Assembly (NCBI RefSeq): GCF_964204645.1
Contig: NC_134035.1
Location: forward strand, 6,448,001 to 6,512,000
Length of the DNA stretch: 64,000 nt
Source of the DNA: Tubulanus polymorphus
Taxonomy: Eukaryota > Animalia > Nemertea
Direction of reading: 5' to 3'
In this document: in pieces, positions 26,501 through 37,285 of the stretch
How the letters are laid out: each line of letters opens with the position of its first letter
Position numbering within the stretch: position 1 is the first letter of the stretch
Made by a program: the position numbers and the translations under genes
The notes under the pieces: model-generated
Database searches by the model: none
What the model was told of the DNA's origin: nothing
What the model saw: only the letters and a program-made list of their open reading frames with translations

Positions 26501-27078
26501 CACACATTTTTAAGAGGAAACAATCTATCATCTAAAAATTTCTACGATCTATAAAACTAGTTATTTCATCAATATAATGACCTCCTCCAATTGTTTATAT
26601 GAACGAATGGGACGAAATAAATGTCGTGCAATTCGTGGCCATAAAATACAGATTGAAATTGCTCGAAAATAAACTGATTCTACAAAGCTTGAAACCGAGT
26701 GCTTGCCATGCAATCTGTTGGGGTATGCCGGTACCCCGATACTCTTTTACACGTTATCATTTATTCTTTCAGCACTGTATAGACGCAATGAGGTTGTTAA
26801 CATATATGATAGAGATTCATCACGCGATTGTGATGACAGACCCGCTGTTATCTACGATTCGGGTCGCTAATGTTGACGTTATTGAACATTTCCAGGCAGG
26901 TTCTAACTCATACCACAGCACCAACATCGGTCCTAATAATCATAATGATAACAATAAAAATGGCGCAGCCGCCGCCAGTGGGTTCCGATTATGGATGTTC
27001 CGAACTTCCGTTTTGTATACGATTGTATTACTAGTGACTTGTGGATATTTCACAGACGTTTTTGCGTTGATAACGTGA
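5039..27078 (+). CDS. Gfrl: GDNF family receptor alpha-like (Gfrl-type) GPI-anchored protein, multi-exon, first coding exon not resolved
   Basis: AG/GT-bounded, phase-compatible exons: 5039-5176, 5554-5730, 10730-10964, 14859-14992, 18386(or 18368)-18430, 20859-21020, 21261-21582, 22525-22730, 23008-23127, 23359-23405, 24315-24435, 24717-24818, 26057-26181, 26324-26401, 26773-27078 (the 18.4 kb exon is tentative). Four GDNF/GAS1-type Cys repeats (e.g. CLQANQTCHRDVQC..CDC..HPC; CYDAYGDCNKEYLCRRK..FCVC..QPQC; CLTLVRKCQSSSDCRRRW..MGT..NCSC..NRC). Hydrophobic C-terminal tail after small residues (NGAAAAS). Confidence 0.85.
5283..5426 (+). mobile_element. Short Penelope-like insertion carrying a hammerhead ribozyme
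   Basis: 13-bp direct repeats CATTGTAATTCTT at 5270-5282 and 5427-5439; contains a minimal type I hammerhead. Confidence 0.7.
5301..5340 (+). ncRNA. Minimal type I hammerhead ribozyme (Penelope-type)
   Basis: CAC-CTGACGA-T-GATCTC-aagggt-GAGATC-GAAAC-GTC-GTG: core motifs, perfect 6-bp stem II, palindromic ACGT stem III, 3-bp stem I. Confidence 0.75.
5554..5730 (+). CDS. Gfrl exon, second half of GFRa domain 1
   Basis: ttgcag|CT..GAAT|gtaagt; KLRCSARQIDHCRSVLRELLETDYLKNCDCPHNLERFSDCEMFQEHIFHHPC (not in ORF track). Confidence 0.85.
5788..5901. mobile_element. Small degenerate MITE
   Basis: Imperfect inverted termini GGCCCAGTTGTACA / TGTGGAACTGGACT. Confidence 0.4.
7456..10410 (+). mobile_element. 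Helentron/HINE-like element (5' and 3' ends; the interior may be composite)
   Basis: 5' AGGGTTTCT..GCAGAAACCCT plus (ATT)n at 7456; 3' GCAGAAACCCG-TTATC-GCTGCtatGCAGC-TATATTT at 10374-10410. Confidence 0.45.
8708..9450. mobile_element. Non-autonomous TIR DNA transposon with 9-bp TSD (MuDR-like by TSD length)
   Basis: TAGTCTAGTACC..GGTATTCAGACTA termini; exact TSD ACCCTTGAT at 8699-8707 and 9451-9459. Confidence 0.8.
10730..10964 (+). CDS. Gfrl exon, acidic linker and start of GFRa domain 2
   Basis: ttttcag|CG..AG|gtaagc; PSCVALRKECMSDDECFRDLKSFTTYC. Confidence 0.85.
11460..13135 (+). mobile_element. Polinton-like AT-rich island inside a Gfrl intron
   Basis: Abrupt AT enrichment; ORF 11630-11971 is homologous to the decayed ORF at 29903-30227; shared ATAAATG starts; boundaries approximate. 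Confidence 0.6.
11630..11971 (+). CDS. Intact 113-aa Polinton-associated hypothetical protein
   Basis: KKL..T[NK][RY]YG..[FY]LPDR..IY.GKNE.GH motifs shared with 29903-30227. Confidence 0.6.
   Translation: MESKQIHSEFLNRIKDTTDVKSVDFKFKKLTELTLHKKHLITNIETITNRYGNKLVIHLEYEALKGNKYNFRTYLPDRFHRLSSEDIEELYSGDFYFIYKGKNEKGHHDIDFE
14403..14478. mobile_element. 76-bp minimal derivative of the 8708-9450 element, opposite orientation
   Basis: Same termini; 9-bp TSD CGGGCCGGC / CAGGCCGGC. Confidence 0.75.
14859..14992 (+). CDS. Gfrl exon, end of GFRa domain 2
   Basis: ttacag|G..C|gtaagt; EACIQAYENLRPYGLFKCSC..RRC..KNAC. Confidence 0.85.
18386..18430 (+). CDS. Candidate small symmetric Gfrl linker exon
   Basis: tttatag|AT..CCAG|gtacct, phase 1-1, open frame (HINNNYNDKTRMRLP); an in-frame alternative acceptor lies at 18368. 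Confidence 0.45.
19440..20660. repeat. Foldback-like element built from palindromic TTTTGGCGCGCCAAAA subrepeats
   Basis: Many CGTTTTGGCG/CGCCAAAACG copies; inverted homology 19486-19590 versus 20230-20290 and 20472-20488. Confidence 0.6.
20859..21020 (+). CDS. Gfrl exon, low-complexity linker
   Basis: cacag|TG..ACA|gtaaat; open frame, phase 1-1. Confidence 0.75.
21261..21582 (+). CDS. Gfrl exon, GFRa domain 3 and start of domain 4
   Basis: tttcag|CC..AG|gtatgt; ECYDAYGDC..FCVCEK..QPQCA..PSCLTLVRKCQSSSDCR. Confidence 0.9.
22525..22730 (+). CDS. Gfrl exon, GFRa domain 4
   Basis: ctatag|A..G|gtaaaa; RRWEYYNNYC..CRDAVVGLMGTLLMTNCSC..RC..KNRC (not in ORF track). Confidence 0.9.
23008..23127 (+). 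CDS. Gfrl exon, Pro/Thr linker
   Basis: ccctag|CC..AAA|gtaagt. Confidence 0.75.
23359..23405 (+). CDS. Gfrl small exon
   Basis: ttgtag|GA..AGA|gtaagt; RICANMLKNEKSPVIR, converts phase 1 to phase 0 as the next exon requires. Confidence 0.75.
23474..24297 (+). mobile_element. Helentron/HINE-like element with (TAC)n/(ATT)n microsatellite
   Basis: 5' AGGTTTTCTGC..GCAGAAAAGCCT; 3' ATCGCTGCTTTGCAGCTACATTT hairpin. Confidence 0.65.
24315..24435 (+). CDS. Gfrl exon, RECK-like/FnI-like Cys-rich module part 1
   Basis: ttccag|GTT..ACG|gtcagt; VYPNNTHCSDLCKCIRNGTMMCQHLPCLPVKSC. Confidence 0.85.
24717..24818 (+). CDS. Gfrl exon, Cys-rich module part 2
   Basis: tgatag|GA..ACG|gtcagt; GHGSVIPRNNRGTCRCHVGEIIC. 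Confidence 0.8.
24962..25655 (+). mobile_element. DINE/HINE-like element with GTCC microsatellite and ~145-bp internal repeats
   Basis: (GTCC)-type run at 25000-25048; repeated CTGATTAGATTTTGGGTC..GGTCAAGG units. Confidence 0.5.
26057..26181 (+). CDS. Gfrl exon, C-terminal domain
   Basis: ttttag|GC..GGG|gtaagt; GIFLQVGYSQIDRENLRK. Confidence 0.8.
26324..26401 (+). CDS. Gfrl exon, C-terminal domain
   Basis: ttttag|GTT..CAG|gtatta; VPCELKIMAKTPGNIVFGVIPTRNKQ. Confidence 0.8.
26773..27078 (+). CDS. Gfrl last coding exon with GPI-signal-like tail
   Basis: tttcag|CAC; HCIDAMRLL..DPLLSTIRVA..hydrophobic tail, TGA; AATAAA candidates near 28648 and 28713. Confidence 0.85.
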   Translation, partial: HCIDAMRLLTYMIEIHHAIVMTDPLLSTIRVANVDVIEHFQAGSNSYHSTNIGPNNHNDNNKNGAAAASGFRLWMFRTSVLYTIVLLVTCGYFTDVFALIT

Positions 27079-29902
27079 GATGTTTGAATTCGCAATTAGC
27101 AACGGACTTATCAAAACCACGCGTGCTGTGTACACGAGGGGCGATTCCTGACAGTTTCCGAGGATTTAGTGATAACCGATAATTGTTAATAAACTAAATG
27201 CGTCTTCGTTGTTGTCAGAGCCATAGCGTTTGAAGTCAATAGCATCCAGGCGCAGTTACCATCACAGCCAGTGTATTTTATAGATGATTGGTTCATCTAA
27301 ATAGTAAACCATTGAGATATTCTGCCGATTGAAAGTAAAACTTTTACTTTCAAGTTACTCATATGGGGGAGCACCCACCTCGTGCTGTCAACAGTTAATC
27401 TGTGGTTTATGGTGCCGTTCGAGTTCGAGAAATTTATCATAATTTCAGGAGCCACGAAAGCTTTAAACACACGGTAACAATTTTTCCTACGTAAAATATT
27501 GCAGAGAGAATAGCTTTAAGCAACGAATACGCGACATCTATAGAACTATACGACGATTGTGGATTTTATATTTATCTGATTCATCATCGGTGTTGATAGC
27601 GCCACGTATGATTATATCATAGATCCTACGAATCTATGACATTGCAAATGGTTGTAATTTTTTACTTAAGTTAATGTCAGTGTGTGCTGTATAAAAAGGC
27701 ACCACCGCGGGTTCGGTATAAACTACCTACCGTCATGTGCAGAAATCACATATCGTACACCGTGTGATATCATCTTATTCCGACGTTCTGTTTTTGAGAT
27801 TCTAAAACGAATGTTTATCATAATCATTATCTTTTATTTAAATCAATTATTACTCTTTAAAAAAGAAAATCCTCGAAAATGTTGTAAATATGTGTTTTTA
27901 TAAAAATAAAAGAACGTATCACGGTGCGCGTAGGGGTCCGATCCCAACTTTTCGGCTATTTTGATCATTAGGTACAATGATAAAAATACAGCGAACAATT
28001 TAACTACATCGAATAGAAAACCGGTGCATCGAAAATAAAGCACGTGCTTAAACTATCCGCCATATAAGGAAAAGAGTGATGACGTGCAAATTCTAGCCTC
28101 GATTTGCTGCCGCTACTGCTGTGTAACGACCACAACGGTACGTTGCTACAGTCGTTTCTTAAAAAACTGCAACTTTTATCTCGTATTCGTGATGATGAAA
28201 CAATGGACAATTTGTATAGAATCTTAGGCATATATTTCAATGAGAAATTATAAAACTTTACAAGAGTTTTAGACCTGATTTCCACAAGTAACTGAAAATT
28301 GTTAACAAATATTAAATCGTTTCACGTAAGGTACGTTTATCGCAGTAAGCCCGCTCTTTTATACCTAGTGCAAGCTGTATTGGGGTTTAAATGAAGTGCT
28401 GATAGCCCTATATTTTTATGCTAGAGTTGTACTTGTTGTTTTAAACATGTGTTCTGCGTCCTGCGAAATATGACCGATTTAGCTGAGTCATTTTTCTTTG
28501 CTTTGGTTGAAATTGTGATTTTAGAGAATTCCGTGATCAATCCGAGTGTGTGCGGTTGTGCAAATTGTATATATGATGAATATTCCATATGAAATTAGTT
28601 TTCGAATCACTTGCGTGTTCGTATCGTGCGTGTGCGTGCAACGAGCAAATAAACACGCATAAAACTTATATACATATTATGAAATTATATATTTATTCGT
28701 GTAAAAATTGTAAATAAATATTGAAACTGAACAATTAAACTTCATTGTTCTATCTGTTAAACTTCATTACCTAGTTCGGGGAATTACGAACACTCGATCT
28801 CTGGATAGGATATCCTCGGATCGGTCGTTAAGTTAGAAACTCGAGTGCACGGACTGAAAACTGGTAAGCACGGTTGTAGGAGACCACGTTCTCCTATCCC
28901 CTAATTAGGCTCTGTCTCGCATGCCCAACACCAGATGGAATATGAGATCTATATTCGGAGAATAATTTCCCCAGCATTGTCGACCTTTCGGCTATGTTCC
29001 CGGTCTTCTGTGCGGCACAGAAGGAATCCTCATCCAAGCCAAAAAGTTGATCAAGTTGATCCTTCAAAGGAAGATAATTCTAACTTACTAGCCATGCGCA
29101 AATGTCGCTCATAAACGAAGAGCTACAAGCACTTGAACCAGATCGCACAGTCTCACTCCGTCCGTCGGAGTTAGATCTGGATCAAAATAATGACTTCGAC
29201 TCGGAAGCTTCAACGGACGCCATCCCTCATGCCCCAATCAATGCAGCCGTCCCATCTTTAGGAGCTACGGGAGTTCAATGAGCTCATCAGTGACGTCTTC
29301 ACGATCAAGTTTAAAGAAAACGTCATTTCTTGCGTTGAAAAGCGTTTTCGGACAACTTTTTTTCTTGGTGATCTGAGTGCCTTTGACGATAAACTATAAT
29401 TTGAGAAGCATATATCTTTTATAAGGCAAATATCTTTTAGAAAACCCCATTCCTCACGTGAATAGAGAATTCGGGGAGATGTTTTTTTCCATGTGATTTG
29501 GTTTTTGATAATAAAGTTTTTAAAGTAAAGCATGATTTTCGAGTCATCGGAAGCTAAAATAAGGCGATTTTCAATTCACCTCTTATTGAATCATCAAAAC
29601 TCCGCGCTCACTGAACTGACCTGGTCAACTGAGGTATAGGGGACTTTAGTCTCTAGTTCCTCGGATTATGCCATTCGATGAGTGATTCGGGCAATTGACA
29701 TTCAAAGTAGAATGATCATTCGACGGTTCTACAGTTAGACAATTCGACAGTTCGTTATTTCTACAATTAGACATAACGACTTACAGACATTCAACTCCCA
29801 CGATCCAGGCATCTCTACATACAGGAGTAATTGGAGAATGTGGGTTTCAGATCAGAGGGCGAGAGGTCGACATATCACCACAAGTAATTTTTTTTCTAAT
29901 AA

Positions 29903-30227
29903 ATGGGAGATAGAAAGGTATTCTTAGCAACGATAAATAGCAGAATAAAACCAGCAAAAAAACAATTTGAAATAAAAAAGTTAGTTGATGTTACAAAAGA
30001 AATTGAACATAAAATATTAAAATTAGAAAAGATAAAAACTAAATATGGAGGTAAATTTCAGCAAATTTAAGTTACTGTTATGTTAGTATAACGCGAGAAT
30101 TTAAAGTATTTTTACCTGATAGATGGGTTTCATTGAGTACAGAGGAATTAAAATATTTAGAAGGATTTAAAATAATTTACCATGGGAAAAATGAAGACGG
30201 GCATGATGTTTTAGAAGATGTTGATTA
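29903..30227 (+). pseudogene. Frameshifted paralog of ORF 11630-11971
   Basis: MGDRKVFLATINSRIK..KKLVDV..KTKYGGK / EFKVFLPDRWVSLSTEELKYLEGFKIIYHGKNEDGHD. Confidence 0.7.
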
Positions 30228-31409
30228 AAAAAATAAATTGATAATAAAATTAATTAAATATTAAGATTCCGAAATGACTTATCTGGACAATTTAATTGCT
30301 CCGCATAGATAGACAAAAGTAGTGAGATATTCAATTAATTAAAAATAAAATTATTTTTTTCTAAAATATTAATCCATTTTTGTCATTGTTAATTTTGGAA
30401 TTTCAGAAGTATTTTCATTTTTAATAGCAGTAGTTTCAGCATTATTAATATCATAAATCTTATTTGATTTCTTATACCATTTATTATGCTATAATAGTTA
30501 TAATTGCAGATGCCATTTATTTAGTAAAAAAATTATGCATTCATATAGGAGGAATATATTTTTGTTTTTCCAAATAATCAATTGTTAAATTAGATAAAGT
30601 AACTGCTAATGTTAATTTTAAAATATCATTGATATCAAATCTATCAACATTAATACTTCCCATTCTAAATACTTTTTTAAATACCATTGTATAACCAACA
30701 GTTCCAACTTATAGTAATGATCCATTATATAAACCAGTTATTATGCACTTATTATCACTCATTTATTAATCAAAAAAATTACCACCTTCAAAATATTTAG
30801 TTATCTTATTTATGATTATTTCCACATTTATTTCATTACTAGTTTCATTTGTATATATTTCAATTATTATTTTTTTAATATCACCGATGATAAAATCTTC
30901 ATCTAATTCATAAAATCTTAAAATCTTAAGACTTTCTAATTTAATCGGTTATCTTTTCTACATTAAAAGTTTCTTTGTCAATTGTTTTTTTCAATATCAA
31001 ATGTTGTTTCATTAGAAAATGCAATATTTTTAATATGTGTAATTACATAATTAATATCAAATTCCATTTCTTTCTCACGTTTAAAATCAAATCCAAAACA
31101 TATGCTCGGTCCAACAGTTATATTCATTTATATAGTGAAAAAATTACTCTCTTCATCTTATAAATAATTCATAAATTACGGGAAAATTATTTAAATCAAT
31201 TAAGTATCCATTATGATTTCTAATTTTTAATCTAAAATTATTAAACTTTGGAATACAAGGTTTAAAATCACACTCAATTATGTGATTTATAAATTGTAAG
31301 TTTTCTAGAATCAACTAATATTCTATATTCTTTTAATTCAACCATTATTTATAACACAAAAAAATTCGAACCATTAAAAATTAATCTTAATAAAATTTTT
31401 CCTTAATAA

Positions 31410-31678
31410 ATGGATGAGAAGATAGGATGTGAAATTTGTGGTGAACTTCAAAGAAAAAGTAACATGGCTCGACATGAAAAAACATGATGAAAATTATAAA
31501 CCCCCTAAAATAAACTGCCCAAATTGTAATAAATTATTCTCGAGAAATTATGTTAAAAAACATTCAGAAAAGTGTAAAATTAATGATTCAACGGTTAATG
31601 TTGATATTAATGAAAGTAATAGTAATTCTGTTGAAGTTGAATCTGAAATTATTTGGAAAAGACCTTTCTTATTCTATG

Positions 31679-31723
<45 letters not shown>

Positions 31724-32272
31724 CATGTTTTAGTGCCCTATGATAAGAATAATATGAAAGATAATTTCTGTGAGCATTGTCGAATAAAATATATCCCCGA
31801 AAATATAGAAGATTGGGAAAATCATCAATTTCGTAAAGCACATATAGATAGAATTTCTAATAAATTTGAAACAGAATTTAATGAAAGAAAAAATAAAATA
31901 TTAGAAAAAATAGAATATGAGAAAACGTTACCAGATAATAAATAAACACTTGAAAAGCTTGAAAAACAATATAATGAATTAGTAAGAAAAACATATTATT
32001 GCAAATATTGTAAATTGATTATTACAACAAGTAATTCAAATCTACATAATAGAACAATAAAACATAAAGAAAACGTAAGAAAATACCAAGAACTTAATGA
32101 AGATCTATTGCCAAGATATGAAAGAAAAAAATGCCCACAATGTATTTATGTCTACTTAAGACAAGAAGATTCTGTGATATTTTGTAATGAATGTGGATGG
32201 CAAAAAAATTTATGGGGTGATGAAAAAACTAGAGATATTCTAAATAGAACCAAAATTAAAATATCTAGATAA
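31410..32272 (+). pseudogene. Broken multi-zinc-finger ORF(s) of the Polinton-like element
   Basis: CEICGE..MARHEK, CPNCNK..KKHSEKC, CEHC..H..KAH, CKYC..H..KH, CPQC..CNEC; interrupted by (TAT)n at 31677-31722 and by frameshifts. Confidence 0.6.
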
Positions 32273-32309
32273 AATTTTAAAGACATTTTCTATGGAAGAT
32301 CATACACCA

Positions 32310-32607
32310 TGTTACGGCCTCCTTCAGCAATGGTCGAAATCCACCAAACTCAACGACAAACGACACAAAACGACGAATGTAGACTTGGCTTCAATATAAC
32401 TTTAATGTGGCAACGGCGTGAACTAACTGGTACTGGTCAGGGAATGCACACATTTATACCAAACCTGACAGATAAGAATTATGGAGGCGTAAACCCTGAC
32501 AAATACCAGATCATTCAATAGACTACATAATAGAGATACAAAAATCTATAAAAAATATTCATACTTATATACTTATATTCGTACTTATAAACCCAACAGA
32601 GGTAACA
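32310..32607 (-). repeat. 3' LTR of the Gmr1-like element
   Basis: TGTTAC..GTAACA termini; adjacent minus-strand polypurine tract (CCCCCGCC on +). Confidence 0.8.
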
Positions 32608-35600
32608 CCCCCGCCGTTAAGAACGTACACATATTGTACGAAAAAATACACTCAAATCTAAACATCGACATAGTCAAGTTTTTTCGCTTATCATAATTCC
32701 AAATGTTCAACGTTGAAGTAACACATAACCAATCCTCAGAATCCACGGAACGGCTTTTACTCTACACGCGCGAAAGTGCATCAGCAACTACGTTTGCTCG
32801 ACCTCTCAGGTGATGTATTTCCAAGTTATACTCCTGCAGCAGAATGCTCCAACTCATTAGTCGACGGTTTTTGTTTTTCATACGGTCTAAAAAGACTAAC
32901 GGATTATGATCAGTATACACACTAACTGGAAATAATGGCATACTGGGATACACATCAAAATGTTCAATTGACAAAATTAATGACAAACATTCCTTTTCAA
33001 CGGTAGAATAGTTTTTCTGTGCAGTACTGAACTTTTTTGAATAATAAGCTTATGAAAATTTGGAGCAGTTATTACAGTATCACAAGTTAACAAAGACTTT
33101 AGACTCTCAAAAGCATCATTACAGGAAGCACTCCAAACTCCTTTCTTAAGTAAGTCCGTGAGAGGACAAGCAATAGCGGCGAAATTTTGACAAAATCTCC
33201 GGTTATATCCGGCCATACCAAAAAAAACGCATGGGTGAGCGTCGATCCGAAGGAACAGGAAAATCAAGGATAGCCCTAACTTTGGCGTCAACAGGTCTTA
33301 CTTGCCCTTGTCCAACGATATGCCCCAGATACGTTACTGTTGCTTTGACAAAATCACTTTTAGTTAAATTGACGGTCAGGTTCGCCTCGGACAGACGCTC
33401 AAACAGCTTTCGTAGTGATTGTATGTGATCATCCAATGTGTCTGAAAATACAATAATATCATCTATGTACACTATTATACAAGTAAAACCCTTGACAACT
33501 TTATTCATTAGGCGCTGAAAAGTTGCAGCAGAATTTTTCATACCGAAAGGCATTTTACGGTACTGAAACAAACCATCTGGAGTCACGAAAGCAGAAATCC
33601 TACGAGCACGGTCGGACAACGGCACTTGCCAGTATCCCTTAGTAAGATCTAATTTGGAAACAAACTTAGCACTGCCAATCTTACCAATCAGATCCTCCAC
33701 CCTGGGAATTGGATAAGAATCATTTAACATGGCTTGAACTTCTCTTTTCATAATATCAGCTTTCATGGGATTCAAACGGTAAGGAGGCTGTTTGACAGGA
33801 GAAGCGGGGCCAACATCCACGTCGTGACAAGCAAAAGTGGTTTCACCAGGGATATCAGAAAACAAATGTCTTTACTCATTCTATCTCTTTTTAATTCGGA
33901 TTTCTGACCCGGCTCCAGATGGCTGAGTTTTTCATCCAACTCATTCAGCACACTTGAATTTTTCAACAACGGTGATGCATATGAACCATCAATAGTTACA
34001 TCATCTTCAACACATATATCTGTACGTCCAGGCGACACAGATAAAACTACTGAAACGGGAGAAATACTAGCAGACGGATTTCTATCCACATATTGTTTTA
34101 ACATATTTACATGACAAACACGAAATTTCTTTTTACGATCCGGTGATTCAATTAAATAATTTACGTCCGATAATTTTCGTTCTATAAAATACGGACCAGA
34201 AAACTTTGTTCTCAAACAGTGACCATCCAAAGGAAACAACACTAAAACTTTTTCACCAGGTGAAAATGACCGAAATCTGGCTTTCTGATCAAACCAACTT
34301 TTCATGTTTTCCTGGGTTTTCTGTAGATGATCACGCGCCAAGTATTGCCAAGTATTGCCAAGTTTCATACATTCGTGTCTTAAAATCAGTGACATATGTT
34401 AACAATGAAACCTCCGTAGTTTCACGCAACCAAAGATCTTTGATCAGTTTCAGTGGTCCTTTAACATGCTGGCCAAAAACTAATTCATTGGGGCTGAAAC
34501 CCAATGATTCCTGTACAGTATCTCGCACAGCAAATAACAAAACCTGCACTCCCTCATCCCAATCTCGCGAATTTTCCTCACAATAGCCTCTGGGCACATT
34601 TTTAAAAGTGCGATGAAATCGTTCCAAAGCGCCTTGACTTTCAGGGTGATAAGGACTCGACGTGTTTTGTTTAATGTCGAGTTGATGCATTATTTGCTGA
34701 AACATATTAGATACAAAATTCGACCCATTATCACTCTGAATAGTCACTGGAAGACCGAAATTAGTAAAGAACCTGGTAAAAGCCTTTATAACGGAAGGCG
34801 CGTTGATACGCCTGAGAGGTACAGCCTCTGGAAAACATGTAGATTTACAAATAATTGTAAGCAGGAATTCATTTCCTGTGCGAGTTTTTGGAAGGGGACC
34901 TACACAATCACAGAGAATATCAGCAAACGGCTCTGAAAAGGCAGGTATAGGTTGTAACGGTGCTGCAGGAAATACTGTACTCTTTCCTATCACTTGACAA
35001 CAGTGACAGCTCCTACAAAACTGAACAACATCAGATTTCAAACCTGGCCAAAAGAAATACCTTAATATCTTTTTATACTTTTTATTGACGCCTAAATGGC
35101 CATCTATAGGTGTATCATGAGCAAAATGTAAGATCTCTTTTCTATACACCAAAGGAACTACAATCTGATGTTGCACTGCCCATTCATCACTAGGCAAAAT
35201 ATCAGGGTGTCTATACTTTCTCATCAATACACCAGAATAAAAATAATAACCGCCGGGACAATCTAAATCATCTAGAGTAGATGCAGCGTTAACGCTAAGC
35301 TTTCTAACATCTGAATCCTGCACTTGTGACTCGATTAAATCTGCTCTAGATAAGAAACGTAATTTCTCAAAATCACAATCTGCCCCATCAAAAATCTTAC
35401 TAAGAAACGTCTCACTAAGGCCCTCAATATGGTTTGAACCAACATCTAAATTATAATTTTGACCTATAGAATCAGACGAAAAAGATTTATCATCACTACT
35501 AGCTCCAACATTATTTCTTTTCGCTAACGAACGAGTCACCACGCAAGCAGGATGTAATCCCAGATCACTAGATTCCGAAGATTCCACATCCGAATCTAAA

Positions 35601-37215
35601 CTATGGTTTTTAGTCACTAATGGATTGACAATAACCCTCCCCCAACAAGATCGTTACCTAACAACAAAGACACGCCCGGAACGGGTAAAGTAGGCCTAAT
35701 CCCCACTATAACGAACCCAGAAATTCATGACGTCTCAAGGTAAACTCTATGAAGTGGAACTTCTATCGTGATCGGACCAATGCCACGCAACAAAATATAC
35801 TGGCCAGTAAATGTGCTTTCTGACAAAGGTAAGCTCCCTTCTAACAACAACGTTTGAGAGGCCAGTATCTCTTAAGGCTTTTAATTTCACCTTTTCTGAA
35901 GTTTCACCTTCAATAATAAATGGTTCGTAAGATCTTGACTGCTTTCAAAATGAACAGGTTTATCTTTGCACTCGATTTTTGTTGCAAGACCATTCCCTAA
36001 CGTATGTAGAGAATTGCTACCCTTTTGTTGTTTTCCCTGTAACTTGTAACAGTTTGAAATTAAATGACCGGGCTTTTTGCAATAATTACATCTCACAAGT
36101 CTATCTCGATCTCTATGATCAGAAACAAGGGAATATGTTGATTTATTGAACACGGAAGATGGTTGGGTGATATTCGGCTTTTTACTTTTCTGGTGAGTTA
36201 AAGCATAATCATCAGAAAACGTAGCTGCATTCAATAAATTATCAACCTTTTGCTCTTCTAAATAGGTTTTTATATCATTACCTATACAAGTTTTGAAATC
36301 TTCAACCAGCATTAATTGACGTAATTTTTCAAAATCACTATCTACCCCTCTCGAGTCGCACCATCTATCAAATAGACTCTCTTTATCTTTAGCGAATTCT
36401 ACAAAGTTTCTGAATCAGTTTTTCTCCGATCGCGAAACCTTTGTCTATAGGCTTCAGGTACTAACTCATACACCTTCAAAATAGCAATTTTAACTGTTTC
36501 ATATTGAGCACTTTGTTCAGAATTCAAAGCCGAATAAGCTACCTGGGCTTTGCCCACTAGAACACTTTGCAGGAGCAGTGTCCAGCTTTCTCGGGGCCAC
36601 TTAAGATTGTTCGCTACCTTCTCAAAGTGACGAAAATACTTATCTACTTCCGACTCCTGGAATCTGGGTACCATTCTGATGTGACGGGTGACGTCAAAGT
36701 CGACTTCATTATCTCGATATCTACTGGTAGACGCACTGATTTCCAATTCACGCATCCGCACTCTGTGTTCACCCTCCATCCGCTGTAACGATAGTTGAAA
36801 GTGCCTTTCTCGCTATTTTTCTCTCTCTTGAAACTCCAGTTCGATACGTCGAATGATAACACTCTCCGGAACATCGGACATTTTAGCTGGAACTGACTCA
36901 AACTGATCATTATTAACTACACCAGATTCAATCAAATGTCGCACAATTACGTCCTTTAGATCCGCTTTTGTTTGGGACGTTTTAACAGATACGTTATAAT
37001 GAGCTGCCAAATCAAGCAACTCGGACTTTTTTAGAACATTTATACTTTCTCGGCTAGGTATATCGATAAACGTCTGAAATGACGAAGTGGCCATTTTAAT
37101 CACGAAGAAATGAGAACTTAAACAAGAACAGGTACAGTACCTTGAAAATATAAGCAGTAGACCTATCAACACTGACGCCGCGAAAAACAACAAATCTCGC
37201 TTCATGAGTTAGCTC
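32310..37215 (-). mobile_element. Gmr1-clade Ty3/Gypsy LTR retrotransposon, degenerate, 5' LTR missing
   Basis: Minus-strand order gag (FRHFEKVA..W..GKA..YRQRFR; CNYCKKPGHLISNC), PR (LRDTG ~35863-35877), integrase (34331-35617: HHCC, D..SDNG..ERFH), RT (33203-33865: LDLTKGYWQ, YIDD), RNase H (TDHNPL, ADALSR). Confidence 0.9.
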
Positions 37216-37285
37216 AGAAAAGAAAATTTAATTATATTTATTATTTAACGATTATTATAAAAAACCCAAATTAACAAAAGAAGAT

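Larger units (their letters stand above)
29885..32309. mobile_element. Decayed Polinton/Maverick (adintovirus-like) segment with small ORFs
   Basis: Very AT-rich, densely packed short ORFs on both strands, C2H2/Cys zinc-finger fragments (31410-32272), small hydrophobic ORFs (minus, starts 30516 and 30762); collinear with the pPolB segment across the Gypsy element. Confidence 0.65.

Noticed and set aside
28790-29880. GC-richer stretch between the gene 3' end and the Polinton, possibly a retroelement relic
   Set aside because: No recognisable motif, termini or ORF; left unclassified.
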